A stretch of 63,804 bases of DNA, counting the filler, from Octopus bimaculoides (lineage: Eukaryota): the NCBI RefSeq assembly GCF_001194135.2. It is 4 parts of 4 records of this genome, joined end to end, with 100 filler letters (N's around TTAATTAATTAA, not from the genome) between each part and the next. Parts side by side here need not be neighbours in the genome. Positions count along the whole stretch, not along the records: positions 1 to 20,097 come from NC_068984.1; 3 more parts are not named here. One strand, 5' to 3'. A program made the translations under genes and the position numbers. How positions within the stretch are numbered: the first letter of the stretch is position 1; every line of letters starts with the position of its first letter. Below the pieces are notes generated by a model that was not told the origin of the DNA, did no database searches, and was given only the letters and a program-made list of their open reading frames with translations. Below, one piece after another: positions 1 through 14,060 of the stretch.

Positions 1-224
1 ATATATATATATATATATATATATATAACATACATACATATGCCTGCATATATGTGTGTATGTGTGTGTGTTTAAAAACTGTAGAAGGGTATAAGACTAT
101 TTCTGCATGTATTATTTTCGTTAGGTCTGGTGATTCTGACAGCGAACACTTGAATAAAATTACATATTCATGCATCCAGCCACACATCTCTTTTTCACTG
201 TCTGTCTGTTTGTCTGTTTGTCTG

Positions 225-269
<45 letters not shown>

Positions 270-711
270 TTATCTATCTATCTATAGATACAAATATGAA
301 CACATTCATATATATGTATACACACATATACATACATTCACAGATACACATTCACACATGCACCAACACACACACACACACACACACACAATTATGTATA
401 CAATATATACACATACGGATACACGTACACATATATTATGAAAGCAGTGAATACAAAATCAAGTAAAAAGAGAGGCGACACAAGAGAGGTAAGCTGTGAG
501 TTGGAAGTTGGAAGGGTCAAATTTAGTTTAATGCTACAAAGGAAATGAAATGACTTGACATTTTGGATACTAGTCCTTCGTCGAAAGAATACAAAAGAAA
601 AGCGAAGACTAAAAGTGAAAAAGTGGTTTGACGGAAAAATGGTGCGGGAAGAGACACATACAAATGCACATACACACACGAAAACACACATATAAACACA
701 CGTGCGCACGT

Positions 712-742
<31 letters not shown>

Positions 743-1028
743 CGCACACCGCGCGCACACACGNNNNNNNNNNNNNNNNNNNNNNNNNNNNNNNNNNNNN
801 NNNNNNNNNNNNNNNNNNNNNNNNNNNNNNNNNNNNNNNNNNNNNNNNNNNNNNNNNNNNNNNNNNNNNNNNNNNNNNNNNNNNNNNNNNNNNNNNNNNN
901 NNNNNNNNNNNNNNNNNNNNNNNNNNNNNNNNNNNNNNNNNNNNNNNNNNNNNNNNNNNNNNNNNNNNNNNNNNNNNNNNNNNNNNNNNNNNNNNNNNNN
1001 NNNNNNNNNNNNNNNNNNNNNNNNNNNN

Positions 1029-1066
<38 letters not shown>

Positions 1067-1448
1067 CCATGTCAACACCTCAATTGTAAAATTCTCCAAT
1101 GTAAAATTCTTCCCTGAAGACAGAGGCGGTGTTATCTGATAACGGATCCAAATAATTATCATTATTCCGGACCACCAAACCTCCAGAAACAGCAGTAGGA
1201 CTTGTAGAAATCTACCCATTTAACTCCTAATACTATTTATATTCTGTGAGTCGGACTATTTTATATCCATATACATGTTCATTTTTTCTATTAAATGTAT
1301 ATAATATTCTGTGTAAATAAACTTGCCCAACTTGCTCGTCATTACATTTACTTACCTACCGGCTCATGTTCAAATGTTTTGAGCACTTCGAAGTGTATTC
1401 TATATAGAGAACACCTGTCTCTAATCTCTCTCTCTCTCTCTCTCTATG

Positions 1449-1521
<73 letters not shown>

Positions 1522-3229
1522 AGAGATTAAGTTTGTCTATCTTTTCTTTATGATGCTAATGCATAACCAATGATAACTCTTGTGACATTTTTGACCGAAG
1601 AAGTCCTTGGTTGTTTTTCAAGAGATATGTTCATTTACCTGTAATAGTCGTAATAGGAATAGCAGTAAAAGTGGGTTAATTGTAAAAATCTCTGATACGA
1701 AGAGCTTGTTTTCATTCAGAGTGTCTACAATGTCAGCCAAACTGTTAAGGTCTTTATAATTGAAACTTCAAAAGTCAGAAGTTGAGCAATCAAAAAATTA
1801 ATGTCAATATCATGGATCTATAAAGAGTCAGAAATTTCTCATTAGTCACTGTATGTTTATCGACCCAGTGAACATGAAATAAGTAATTCTTTATAATGTG
1901 AAAAACATTCTGTACCTGTTTCCCCAAGTGAATCTCTCATAACAGAATAAGCCACTTTCGAACAGTACTCCTTTTATATATCGTGGCTCAGGCTTTGTTA
2001 AGCCACCTCAGAGATCGAAACCTTCTTTTCCATCTCAGTTGTACAAGGTTAAACAAGCTGATTATTCTTAAAATTTCTTTGCTAGCAAAGGACGTGCAAA
2101 CATCTAACAATTTATTATTATTTATTTATAATTTGTTTTTACAAGACTTTGACTGAGACTCTGTTGAAGGAGTGAACTAGACATCAGATGAAATTTAAGG
2201 TTTTACATAAAATCATTAATATATATATATACTCATTAATATNNNNNNNNNNNNNNNNNNNNNNNNNNNNNNNNNNNNNNNNNNNNNNNNNNNNNNNNNN
2301 NNNNNNNNNNNNNNNNNNNNNNNNNNNNNNNNNNNNNNNNNNNNNNNNNNNNNNNNNNNNNNNNNNNNNNNNNNNNNNNNNNNNNNNNNNNNNNNNNNNN
2401 NNNNNNNNNNNNNNNNNNNNNNNNNNNNNNNNNNNNNNNNNNNNNNNNNNNNNNNNNNNNNNNNNNNNNNNNNNNNNNNNNNNNNNNNNNNNNNNNNNNN
2501 NNNNNNNNNNNNNNNNNNNNNNNNNNNNNNNNNNNNNNNNNNNNNNNNNNNNNNNNNNNNNNNNNNNNNNNNNNNNNNNNNNNNNNNNNNNNNNNNNNNN
2601 NNNNNNNNNNNNNNNNNNNNNNNNNNNNNNNNNNNNNNNNNNNNNNNNNNNNNNNNNNNNNNNNNNNNNNNNNNNNNNNNNNNNNNNNNNNNNNNNNNNN
2701 NNNNNNNNNNNNNNNNNNNNNNNNNNNNNNNNNNNNNNNNNNNNNNNNNNNNNNNNNNNNNNNNNNNNNNNNNNNNNNNNNNNNNNNNNNNNNNNNNNNN
2801 NNNNNNNNNNNNNNNNNNNNNNNNNNNNNNNNNNNNNNNNNNNNNNNNNNNNNNNNNNNNNNNNNNNNNNNNNNNNNNNNNNNNNNNNNNNNNNNNNNNN
2901 NNNNNNNNNNNNNNNNNNNNNNNNNNNNNNNNNNNNNNNNNNNNNNNNNNNNNNNNNNNNNNNNNNNNNNNNNNNNNNNNNNNNNNNNNNNNNNNNNNNN
3001 NNNNNNNNNNNNNNNNNNNNNNNNNNNNNNNNNNNNNNNNNNNNNNNNNNNNNNNNNNNNNNNNNNNNNNNNNNNNNNNNNNNNNNNNNNNNNNNNNNNN
3101 NNNNNNNNNNNNNNNNNNNNNNNNNNNNNNNNNNNNNNNNNNNNNNNNNNNNNNNNNNNNNNNNNNNNNNNNNNNNNNNNNNNNNNNNNNNNNNNNNNNN
3201 NNNNNNNNNNNNNNNNNNNNNNNNNNNNT

Positions 3230-3560
3230 GATCCGATCAACGAAACAGCCTGCTCGTGAAATTAACGTGCAAGTGGCTGAGCACTCCACAGACACGTGTA
3301 CCCTTAACGTACTTCTCGGGGATATTCAGCGTGACACAGTGTGACAAGGCTGACCCTTTGAATTACAGGCACAACAGAAACAGGAAGTAAGAGTGAGAGA
3401 AAGTTGTGGTGAAAGAGTACAGCAGGGTTCGCCACCATCACCTGCCGGAGCCTCGTGGAGCTTTAAGTGTTTTCGCTCAATAAACACTCATAACGCCCGG
3501 TCTGGGAATCGAAACCATGATCCTATGACCGCGAGTCCGCTGCCCAAGCCACTGGGCATA
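3230..3560 (-). mobile_element. tRNA-derived SINE (family A), 3' end runs into a gap
   Basis: Reverse-complement match to the intact copy at 11131-11518. Confidence 0.85.
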
Positions 3561-4171
3561 TCGTTTGTTGTAAACCAAATCCACTCACAAGTCTTCGGTC
3601 GGCCTGAGCCAGTAGTAGAAGATACTTGCCCAAGACTGGAACCGGAACCATGTGGCTGGTAAGCAAGCAACTTATCACACAGTCACTCCTGTATATTGTA
3701 TTTGGAGAGAGTCATACTGCCTTTATATCTGACATACTCACTGGTTCAGTTTCTACACACACACACAATTTTTTTTCTTCTGTATATATATTTGTGGTAT
3801 ATGTATGGTTATTAATGGTTTTCTTCTGTTGTATATAACTGTAAGGCTTCGTGTTGTTATGTATGCATAATTCTTTGTTGTATTTATATAATGTCTTGTT
3901 TGTTTCTGTCTTTGCATACATTAGCTAGCTTTTTCCCAGTAGCTTAATAACAGCACAAGCGCCTACTAAATTGAGTGGTCTGAATGGTAATGACGCGAAA
4001 CCACTATGATATTTTGGGTCATTGACTGACGAGGAAAACTCAGCTGCGCATATTCCGTGTTTTTTGTCTTTGTCTAAATTTCCCATCGCTGAGTTTACGT
4101 CTAGTTTTCCGTTTGCTCTGCTTTCGTCTAAGTTTTTCTCCTTGTGTTCTTTCTGTTCAACGCTTGATAAT

Positions 4172-4232
<61 letters not shown>

Positions 4233-4517
4233 GTGTGTGCGTGCGCGTGTGAATGTATGTGCGTGTGTATATGTATACATACATGTGCTGAATATATATA
4301 TGTATGCATGTATTTATGTATATATGTATATCAGTGTGTATGTATGTATATGTGTATATGTATGTACGTATGTATGCATGTATGTGTGTGTATATGTGTG
4401 TATGTGTAATATCAACATAGTGCAACATCAATTCAGGTGTGTGGTGGAAGGCTTGCAGGAAGGCATACACACGATGTTAAATATACTAAGTCTTTGAAAT
4501 ACATCAGAGCGACACAT

Positions 4518-4565
<48 letters not shown>

Positions 4566-4613
4566 CTATCTATCTATCTGCCTGTCCCCCCTCTCGCTCT
4601 CATATAGATATAC

Positions 4614-4655
<42 letters not shown>

Positions 4656-4659
4656 AGTT

Positions 4660-5298
4660 TTTTCTTTTATTCTCTTAATTGTTTCAATCATTTGACTGTG
4701 GCTATGCTGGAGCACCGCCTTTTAGTTGAAGAAATCGACCCCTGGACTTATTCTTTATAAGCCTGGTACCTATTCTATCGGTCTCCTTTTTTGCCGAACC
4801 GCTAAGTTACGGGAGACGTAAACATACCAACATCGGAGACAACACAGACACAAAGACACACACATCAATATATACATATATACATATTATACATATATAC
4901 GACACACTTCTTACAATTTCCGTCTACCAAATCCACTCAAAAGGCTTTAGTGGGCCCGAGGCTATAGTAGAAGACACTCGTCCAAGGTGCCACGCAGTAG
5001 GTCCGAACCTGGGACCATGTGGTTGAGAACGAAGCTTCTTATTTCTTTATTGCCCACAAGGGGCTAAACATAGAGGGGACAAACAAGGACAGACAAAGGG
5101 ACTAAGTCGATTACATCGACGCCAGTACGTAACTGGTACTTAATTTATCGACCCCGAAAGGATGAAAGGCAAAGTCGACCTCGTCGGAATTTGAACTCAG
5201 AACGTAACGTCAAACGAAATACTGCTAAGCATTTCGCCCGGCGTCCTAACGATTCTGCCAGCTCACCGCCTTCTTACCATACAACCACGCCTACGCCA
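4660..5298 (-). mobile_element. tRNA-derived SINE (family B) with a family C SINE (5041-5270) nested in its head
   Basis: Homologous to copies at 13040-13420, 21300-21675 and 62945-63227; head interrupted with a CTTCTT duplication on both sides of the insert. Confidence 0.8.
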
Positions 5299-6284
5299 TA
5301 TATATATATATATATATATATATANNNNNNNNNNNNNNNNNNNNNNNNNNNNNNNNNNNNNNNNNNNNNNNNNNNNNNNNNNNNNNNNNNNNNNNNNNNN
5401 NNNNNNNNNNNNNNNNNNNNNNNNNNNNNNNNNNNNNNNNNNNNNNNNNNNNNNNNNNNNNNNNNNNNNNNNNNNNNNNNNNNNNNNNNNNNNNNNNNNN
5501 NNNNNNNNNNNNNNNNNNNNNNNNNNNNNNNNNNNNNNNNNNNNNNNNNNNNNNNNNNNNNNNNNNNNNNNNNNNNNNNNNNNNNNNNNTATATACATAT
5601 ATATATACATATATATGTGCAAATGCTTCTGCTTGTAGGTGTGCAAATCTGTATACACGGCATGACAGTAGCCAGTTGGTCTCGTGTTGCAATTCCTTTG
5701 TATTTTTTTTATATCTCTTTCTGGGCCTCACAAGTAAAGTTTTTGTAAACTTCAACAAAGCCTCGGATTTTAAAGTTATAAATTTTACCGAAACAAGCTG
5801 TTGTAACTTTCACGCTTACCTTAAGTATATTGAAGACTTAAGTGGCGTGAAAATTAATAAGTAATAGAGCTACATGCACACACACAAAACACTTGATAGA
5901 CGTGCACACCCACCCACTCACAAACACACACACATACACACACACACACAGACACACATACACATACACACTCACACACGCTCACACCACATCACACTTT
6001 CTAATGAACAGGTTGGTGGAAAGAAGGAAGTGCGGTTGGGATGTGCCGAACAAATTTTGATAAATAAAGCTATTCTCCCTGAAGTAATAAAAAAACGCAG
6101 AAACCTGGTAATAGTATGCTTCGATTATTGAGCATTCTACTCTATTTTCTCCCCATATTTGCTGAAGACTCTGCATTTGACAAAAACACCTGCCGTCTTA
6201 GTCTCTGCAGTTGAAAGGCTGTCTAAGACCTGGGCAACAATCCTCACACTTACAACGGAGAACGGAACGTTTGCCTCTGTTGTA

Positions 6285-6480
6285 TAATATTGGCTTTAAA
6301 TGTTGGCACAAGGTCAGCAATTTCAGTGAAGTGGGTAAGTCGATTACATTTTATCGACCTCGAAAAGATGAAAGGCAAAGTCGACATCAGTGGAATTTGA
6401 ACTCAGAACATAAAGACGAACGAAATACCGCTAAGCGTTTTGACCAGTGTGCTAACATTTCTGCCAGTTCACCACCTTTC
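6285..6480 (-). mobile_element. SINE family C copy
   Basis: Shared core gatgaaaggcaaagtcgac...ggaatttgaactcagaac. Confidence 0.75.
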
Positions 6481-6489
6481 TTTTGTAAT

Positions 6490-8030
6490 AAATAGTTTAA
6501 GGAGAATATTCCAAGGAGATAATCTTACTGTTATTCTGTTTATTTTGGCATTAAATCTGTTATCATTCCTATTACAAAGATCCACTGGCTACATACAAGG
6601 GTTTGCAACTACTTGAGATACCAATGTAATCTACAATTTCTTTGTAGAAGACCTGAAGTTAATCACATTTTCAGCTGATATAGCAATGGAAATTGGCCAG
6701 ATGAAAATGTTCGTTTCTGATTTCTGAACGTGGAAAATCAGTCTCCCAAGTCCAAGACCTGTGCATCAACAGCCCCCCACAAAAAATACTACAAATATCT
6801 AGGCTTCGATGAAAGCATATCATACGATGTAGTGAAGAAAGATAATGTGACCCGAGAATATTGCACCAGACTGATGGTGGCGAGCTGCCAAAATTGTTAG
6901 CATGCCAGACAAAATGCTTCGCGGCATTTCGTCTGTCATTACGTTCTGAGTTCAAATTTCGCCGAGGTCGGTTTTGCTTTTCATCCTTTTGGGGTCGATA
7001 AAATAAGTAACATTTGAGCAGTGGGATCGATGTAATCGACAAGTCCCCTCCTTTTAATTTGCTGGCCTTGTGCCAAAATTTGAAACCAATATTGCACCAA
7101 ACTTGGGAAATTATGTCACTTGGAACCCTCCTCTCACAATAAGACACTATCCCACAATGCATTTGCAGTACCAGTGCTGATAGCAATATTTAGGATATTT
7201 GCCTGACCTGTTGAGGAAATCCACTCCATAAACATTAAAATCTGCAAGATTCTGACATCAATTAGAAATTTCCATAGAAACAGTGATATCGACTGGGTTT
7301 GTCTAAGAAGACGTGGAGGTAAAAGCCTGAGATCAGAAAGCAAGGCCTTCGAATGTCGTATTATATCTCTCAGACAGCACCTGTTAAACAGCAGCAAAAG
7401 CGAACGTATAAACCTAGTACTGAAAAATGAAGAGAATAGCATCTTACGTGTCAGCAGTGAAACCCTCAAGAAGTTCTCTCTTTCTAACGACCTCAAATGT
7501 AACCCTATAATAGATGGATTAACATACCTCAAGGAAGACATGGACGTGAAACCACATACCAAACTAAAATAAATAAATAAACAAATAAATAAAATAAAAA
7601 CTTAAAGACTAAATAAATATTAAAATGCATAGGTGTTTCTCGAATATATGAGGATGACACTAATATCGACATGAAGTACAACCTTTCTTGGCTGCCACAT
7701 CATATCACACTTCAGAGGTTATGTGCTTGCAATTCAAGCGCGAGAGTCTGCTACAAAATACCTTATCAATGAAAGAGAAAATGAAGCTATTGGACCCCCA
7801 TGCTGCAGCCGAATATGTCGTTCATGTCAAGTTTCTGTGGAAGACATTATATGTGATCAGCAGCTACCCTAAACTTTCATCAAGTGACACGAATATAGTC
7901 GCCAAAACAGTATACAATGCAATCCGAGAGAAAGATTGTCCTGGAATAAACATAGACCACTCTGTTGTTGAATACATACATAAGTTTCAACACAAGGGAT
8001 ATTGGCAAAACAAGTATTTGGACTAGGTCT
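6490..8030 (+). mobile_element. Degenerate R4/Dong-type (restriction-like endonuclease clade) non-LTR retrotransposon, interrupted by a SINE C at about 6875-7100
   Basis: IFQGDNLTVILFILALNLLSFLL...FFVEDLKL (RT, GIFQGDSLSP/DDLKL type); RNFHRNSDIDWVCLRRRGGKSL...FECRIISLRQHL; ISSYPKLSS...IVAKTVYNAI after a decayed zinc knuckle; many stops and frameshifts. Confidence 0.7.
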
Positions 8031-9768
8031 TTAGTTTGAGAATAACTTTCTCTCTCTTTCCTACCTACAGTCTCGGAGTCATGAGCAGCGACTTCCCTCC
8101 TGACTAATGGGAAAAAAAAGTTTTTTCTTTCTTTCTGGAAGTTAGAATACATATGCACGTCAAATTGATGAAATGAAAATTGCTTTTTTGCTTATCAGTC
8201 TGGATATGCAGATAAGAACAATGTATTACAAATATTATCAATAGCTATCACAATTATACAAGACGCTGAAACGTGTATCGATGCTGAAGATGTTTAAATA
8301 TATCCTTGCGTTATGGTTGCGTTTAAACATGTGCTTGCGTCAATCCTATGTAAAATATACAATCAATTATGAAACGCTATGAAGTGCATTCTTCTTTTCA
8401 TGGACTACAATCGGAAACGTGGGCAGAAGTTGTTTTAATTCTTAGTGAGTAGTGGACACAGTATATATATTTTATGTTATTTTAAGTCTGTGGAGTATTA
8501 GAGTCGTTAGGACATCGGCTAGAATGGTATGTGGTAGTTGTTCCATTTCCCTGCGATCTGAGTTTAAATTCCCCCACCCCGATGTCAACACTGACCCTCA
8601 TCCTCTCTTCTACGGTCGATAAAGTAGCAGTTAAATAAAATACTAACCACAAAGAAGATCGATTCTTCGCCACACTCCCTCTCTCTCTCTCTTTCAGTCA
8701 TCGGCCATGTTGCATCATGAGAAGAGTTGTGTCAAGTCAATCACAGAGTTCATTTCTCCAGAAATTAAGAATTGAGTGAGGGGTTAACATCCTGTCCTCA
8801 TAGAAAAACTGATAAACTACTAAAACAATCGAAGAACGGTCCGATGTGCAGTATATCATGGAAAGGTAAAATAATAATCATAAATAAGAATGCATTGTCT
8901 AGTGAAGTATAGCCATTATATCGATCGAAGATACCAGAAAATGGATATTTGTAAGAAAAACAATAAAACAAAAAAAAACAGATAATGTAGGCATTTACTA
9001 TTAGTGTACGTAGAAGACAATGTGAGTGTATAAACGTGTATGTGTGCGCCCGTCTGTGTGCACAGGACCAGTCCGGATTCAGCATGCGGCTAGATTGACA
9101 TCTGATCCGCTCCAGTGCATAACTCGCTGAAACTGAATATAGTTCAACATGAGTTATTTTAGTTATTACTTAGTGAAATTCTCTTTGGTTAACATAGAGA
9201 CAGAGATTTGCGATTACTTACTTATCAGACCCCATATTTGTAAAATAAAGTTGCGGCACACAAGATTTGAACACAGAAACCTGAAGACTCTGATTTCTCT
9301 GCTAAACAACACCGAGGAGGTGGTTGACTGCTGTTGAAGTCAACCCCTAGAATGATGTTGTGACAACAGCTAGGAGTTCCTCACTCAGGGTGGTTTTGCT
9401 GCACGTCCTGATACCAACCTATGGTATTTCTGCATCCCTGTGCTTAGATGGATTGTCATCACATGAGGTAGTTAACCTATAGATGGAACCCTGCAGATCT
9501 GCAAAAGGACTGTAAAGTCAACTGAGAAGTAATGGACAGAAGGTCTGAAATACCATTGACATCGCAGAAGCATAGTAGGCGGCAATTATTTGTGAAGAAG
9601 TAGCAGTCACCATGTATGTATGTATGTATGTATGTATGTATGTATGTATGTATGTATGTATACATACATGCATACATGCATACATACATACATACATACG
9701 TACGTACATACGTACATATATATATATGTACGTACAAACATACGTATATGCATGCATGCATACATACG

Positions 9769-9839
<71 letters not shown>

Positions 9840-11130
9840 GTATATATGTATGGGGAGAGACGTTTGTATAGTTCTCTCTCCGTATATTATTTAACCTCGT
9901 TGCATTGTCGTTGCACTGTTTACTTACATCTAAAAATCTTTCTCAAAATGACTCCAGATCGGTATGACTCTTCATGCTGTGATATGAAAGTTATGTAAAC
10001 TAAGTTTATTTCCTTACGTTTTTGTAGTTTCTTACAAAAACGAAATTTTTTAATTACTGCTCGCAATTCTTGTTTAAGGGCAGTTTACTTACTCACATTC
10101 CAATAAATGTTGGATAGTCTATTATACGTATAGTTGCAACTGATGATTGGTGACTTAATTATTTACTTTGTATCAAATAAAAGTGTACAGTTATTCGATT
10201 CTCTTCCTAAATGAGAGGGATGAGCCATTTCGATCAATTTCTTTTACTTCCATCTGTTGGCGAATGATAATTGCAACACATTACATTAACACATTCAATC
10301 TCCAAAAATTGGGAAGTTCAATCTAGATTAAATGTTCTTTATTAACTTTATTGAACACGGATTCTTTTATCGATTCATGTCATTACCGCTCTTTTGTGTA
10401 ATGATTTGTCAATGTAAATGGTTGAGATTTATTTAATCTTGCTGTGAGCTGTTTTGAGAGGTTTATATTCTTCACTCAATTTCTGTTCGCCCATAAACAA
10501 CGACCGTGTATCCGTGCAATGATGATCGATTATATTAAGTAGATCAGTATATTTTTCTCAACGTACGTGACTTATATTCGTAATCACTTCAGTCTGGAAT
10601 GAGATATGAAATATTTTTTATCCCAATCGTTCTTCATTCTCTTCATGTAACTAGTTGAGCAATCTTCCATACCATTTTAAAGCATACCATCGGCATATAA
10701 TTATTGGCTGTCTATGTCTTTTGTTTCTTAGATACGTTAGCCAGTCTGTTAACTATTCTAGCACAAGCGTTAACCAGTCTAGCACATCTAGTTCAATGTC
10801 CATTGTTCTCTTGAAAAAGTTAACGAGAGATTCTTTGTAAAACGTTTGTTTCCGTACCAACAACCGACTATCAAATCTCTCCCAAGTGATTTTTCATTCA
10901 GTATTTTGCAACAGCCATCAGAAGAGTTTCACTTGTGATGTAAGCATATGCTTCAGGAGAGACATTTGAACAGTACTCATCCGATACTCATTAAACCATA
11001 TTAATTGCTGTTGAGTTGTTTATTTACATTTCAGACTAATACAAGTCTTCATTCAATTTAAAAGCCCCTGTAATTGATGTGGGTTTTTTTCTTTTTCTTT
11101 TTTTTATTTTGTAGCACTTGTCATCTAAGT

Positions 11131-11518
11131 GGAGGCGCAATGGCCTAGTGGTTAGGGCAGAGGACTCGCGGTCATAGGATCGCGGTTTCGGTTCCCATAC
11201 CGGGTGTTGTGAGTGTTTATTGAGCGAAAACACATAAAGCTCCACGAGGCTCCGGCAGGGGATGGTGGCGAACCCTGCTGTACTCTTTCACCACAACTTT
11301 CTCTCACTCTTACTTCCTGTTTCTGTTGTGCCTGTAATTCAAAGGGTCAGCCTTGTCACACTGTGTCACACTGAATATCCCCGAGAACTACGTTAAGGGT
11401 ACACGTGTCTGTGGAGTGCTCAGCCATTTGCACACTAATTTCACGAGCAGGCTGTTCCGTTGATCGGATCAACTGGAACCCTCGACGTCGTAAGCGACGG
11501 AGTGCCAACAACAACAAC
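11131..11518 (+). mobile_element. Full-length tRNA-derived SINE (family A) with 12-bp target-site duplication
   Basis: A box TGGCCTAGTGG, B-box-like GGTTTCGGTTCCC, (CAA)n tail; TGTCATCTAAGT at 11119-11130 and 11519-11530. Confidence 0.92.
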
Positions 11519-12609
11519 TGTCATCTAAGTAGTTGTTATACCCAGCGCCCACCTAAGTGGTGAGTGATGTATCTAAACTAACTTAACATGGATGATGATA
11601 AAAATGGATTGTAATAATTTTTAACAGCGAAATGATAAAAAATCAATAAAGGCAAAAGTGGTAAATTTACTTTATACATTGCAAATTAATGACTTCCCTG
11701 AACCTGATGAAATCTCATTTTATTTTAATAACCATGACTAGTTTTATCATGTAGAGTATAATTACTATTATAGGTAAAATTTAATATCTTAATTATGTCA
11801 CCTCCCGTACCCTGCCTCATAACCTTTTAATACCTAACATCCCCTTCGACTTACCCATCCATCCCTTGAGGGAGGTAGCGTTCACCTTCAGAATCTTTGC
11901 ATTACACGAAACACGAATTGTCCCTTTATGCCAATGAGACTAAATTCGAAGCTATGTTAATATGTATGTATGTATGTATGTACGCATGCATGTGTATATG
12001 TACATATCTATGCATGTATATTAAGTGTGCATTCTCGCGCGCACGCACGTGCACACACATATACATGAATATGTGTGTGTGCGTGCGTGAATGCCTAACT
12101 CACTTCTGTAGATATTTTTGGTATCAGTTCCGTATAGGTGCATGTTCTGGATGCGCTGAGTAAATTCATCATTACTGTTAAACTCACTTTATGATAAAAT
12201 CATGGCTCAAGGAGAAACTAATTTTTTCTGTCCTCTCTTATCAAATATTGCGTAGTTGTTCCGAACTAGCAATGCACAACCTCAGCTGTGCCATTGGACG
12301 GATGGTGAGATAAACGGAGAATAGCAAAATAAGGACAAGACGCAGCGACATTTCATCAGTACACATCTAGGTTATTATCAGCTTTTACACCTCTTTCTAA
12401 GTCTCATAGTCTTTCTTGATAGCATTCCACTCTTCTCGCAAATTAATTAAATTCTCAATTTTCCTACTATTCAAATTCTTTCATCGTATCATTTCCCTCT
12501 TTCTTTATATCAATATTAAGTCTGTTACATAAAACTTAGACCTCCTTACTTGCTTATACTCTTTTTTTCTTTCATTAACTTTATATTTTCGCGGTTTGAA
12601 GTTGTAAGC

Positions 12610-12900
12610 ACAAATTCGCCTAGATGAAAGATTTCTAGGGTTTGAAGAAAAGGATTTTCACTGTATAATTTAGAGGGAAGCTGAAACACATATCAAAGAA
12701 GACAATGTCGGAACCTTATTAGAAAATTCAGAGGGTGACCATGTGCTAACAGAAGAAATAACGGATAAAGTGTCATTGGCAGTGGATATTGTGAAGATGA
12801 TGAAGATGACGAACCATTGTCCAAAGAACTCACGTTATCTGTTATAAAAGAATCGTTTGATATCGTTATTTTGTACATTGGACTTGTCAATAGAAACTGA
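12610..12900 (+). mobile_element. Decayed pogo/Tigger (TIGD/Jerky-like) transposase C-terminal fragment
   Basis: FLGFEE..., LENSEGDHVLTEEI, then a frameshifted acidic tract EDDEDDEPLSKELTLSVIKESF. Confidence 0.4.
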
Positions 12901-13039
12901 TGTTCAATAATATCATCTTAGAGTAGGCATGGGCAATCTTTTCTGAGAAGCGGCCGCAGGAGACATGGTTCATCTTTAAGCGGGCTGCACTACGAAAAAT
13001 ACCTTGATCTTTTATATTTTATCTTTTATCTGTTTTAGT

Positions 13040-13205
13040 CATTTGATTGCGCCCATGCTACGACACCACCTTCAAGAACTTGTCGTCGAATTAATCTACT
13101 TCAGTACTTTGTTTTAAAGCCTGGTAATTATTATATCGGTCTCTTTTTGCCGAACTGTAAAGTTACGGGATGTAAACGAACCAGAACCGGTTGTCAAGCA
13201 GTGGT

Positions 13206-13292
<87 letters not shown>

Positions 13293-13420
13293 TATACGAA
13301 GGGTTTATTTCAGTTTCCGTCTCCCAAATCCAATCACAAGGCTTTGGTCGGCTCGAGGCTATTATAGAAGACACTTGCCCGATGTGTCATGCAGTGGACT
13401 GAACCATGAACCATGTTGTT
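13040..13420 (-). mobile_element. SINE family B with an internal (CA)n expansion
   Basis: Homology to the other family B copies. Confidence 0.8.
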
Positions 13421-14060
13421 GGGCTGCATTTTGCTCATGACTAATTAAAGTATTAAGAACAAAAAAAAAAAAGCTAAGCCGGAAGTTGTTTCAGTAAGGT
13501 AATCAACAGAAACTTGACTTATTCTTCAAGACATTTCCCTGCTACGGATGCGGGTCTTATTGATGTGATATTGATGATCCACCTATTATTATTAACTTAG
13601 TCATTTCCTTCCCATTAGCTTCAGACGTGTACTAGCAGAAAACAAGGACCAGAGGCGTATTAAAGCTCTACTAACACAGTGAACCAGGGGAGTATTATGA
13701 CCCCACTAACCCAGAACGACAGTTTATTACGTCTTTCTTTACTTCTACTTCAATCAGAGTAAACACGTCTGTCATCTATCATGTTTAAATCAAATGAACA
13801 ATTTACAGATTAACATGTTTTTTTTTTCACTTTCTTAAACACATTAAACGTTATTCATTCTACAAAAGCCACATTTATATCTTTTATTTAGGTATACAAT
13901 ATTCATAAGATTTTCTGCAAGTTTGTAAATCATAATTATGCTCAGTAAGAAAGCGTAAATAATTTTCTTTGCAATGACATATATATTCAACAATAAGGTA
14001 TCTCATCAGACCACCTGCTAAAGGTTCGCTGCATATAAAAAATATAATATATATATATAT

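Noticed and set aside
1080-1219. Non-repetitive start of ORF 392-1219 (MGRFLQVLLL...)
   Set aside because: No recognisable family or supported splice sites; the ORF length comes from the (CA)n tract and an N gap.
8255-8295. GAAAC...GUA...CUGAAGA as a second hammerhead
   Set aside because: Stems I and II cannot be formed around the core motifs.
11131-11205. tRNA gene
   Set aside because: The A/B-box head continues into a SINE body with tail and target-site duplication, and I could not make a complete cloverleaf.
11690-11760. TGATGA as a box C snoRNA motif
   Set aside because: No box D or terminal stem found.
13676-13720. GUGAAC...GGGG/CCCC hairpin as another G3-C8 hammerhead
   Set aside because: No GAAA follows the stem and A9 is absent.
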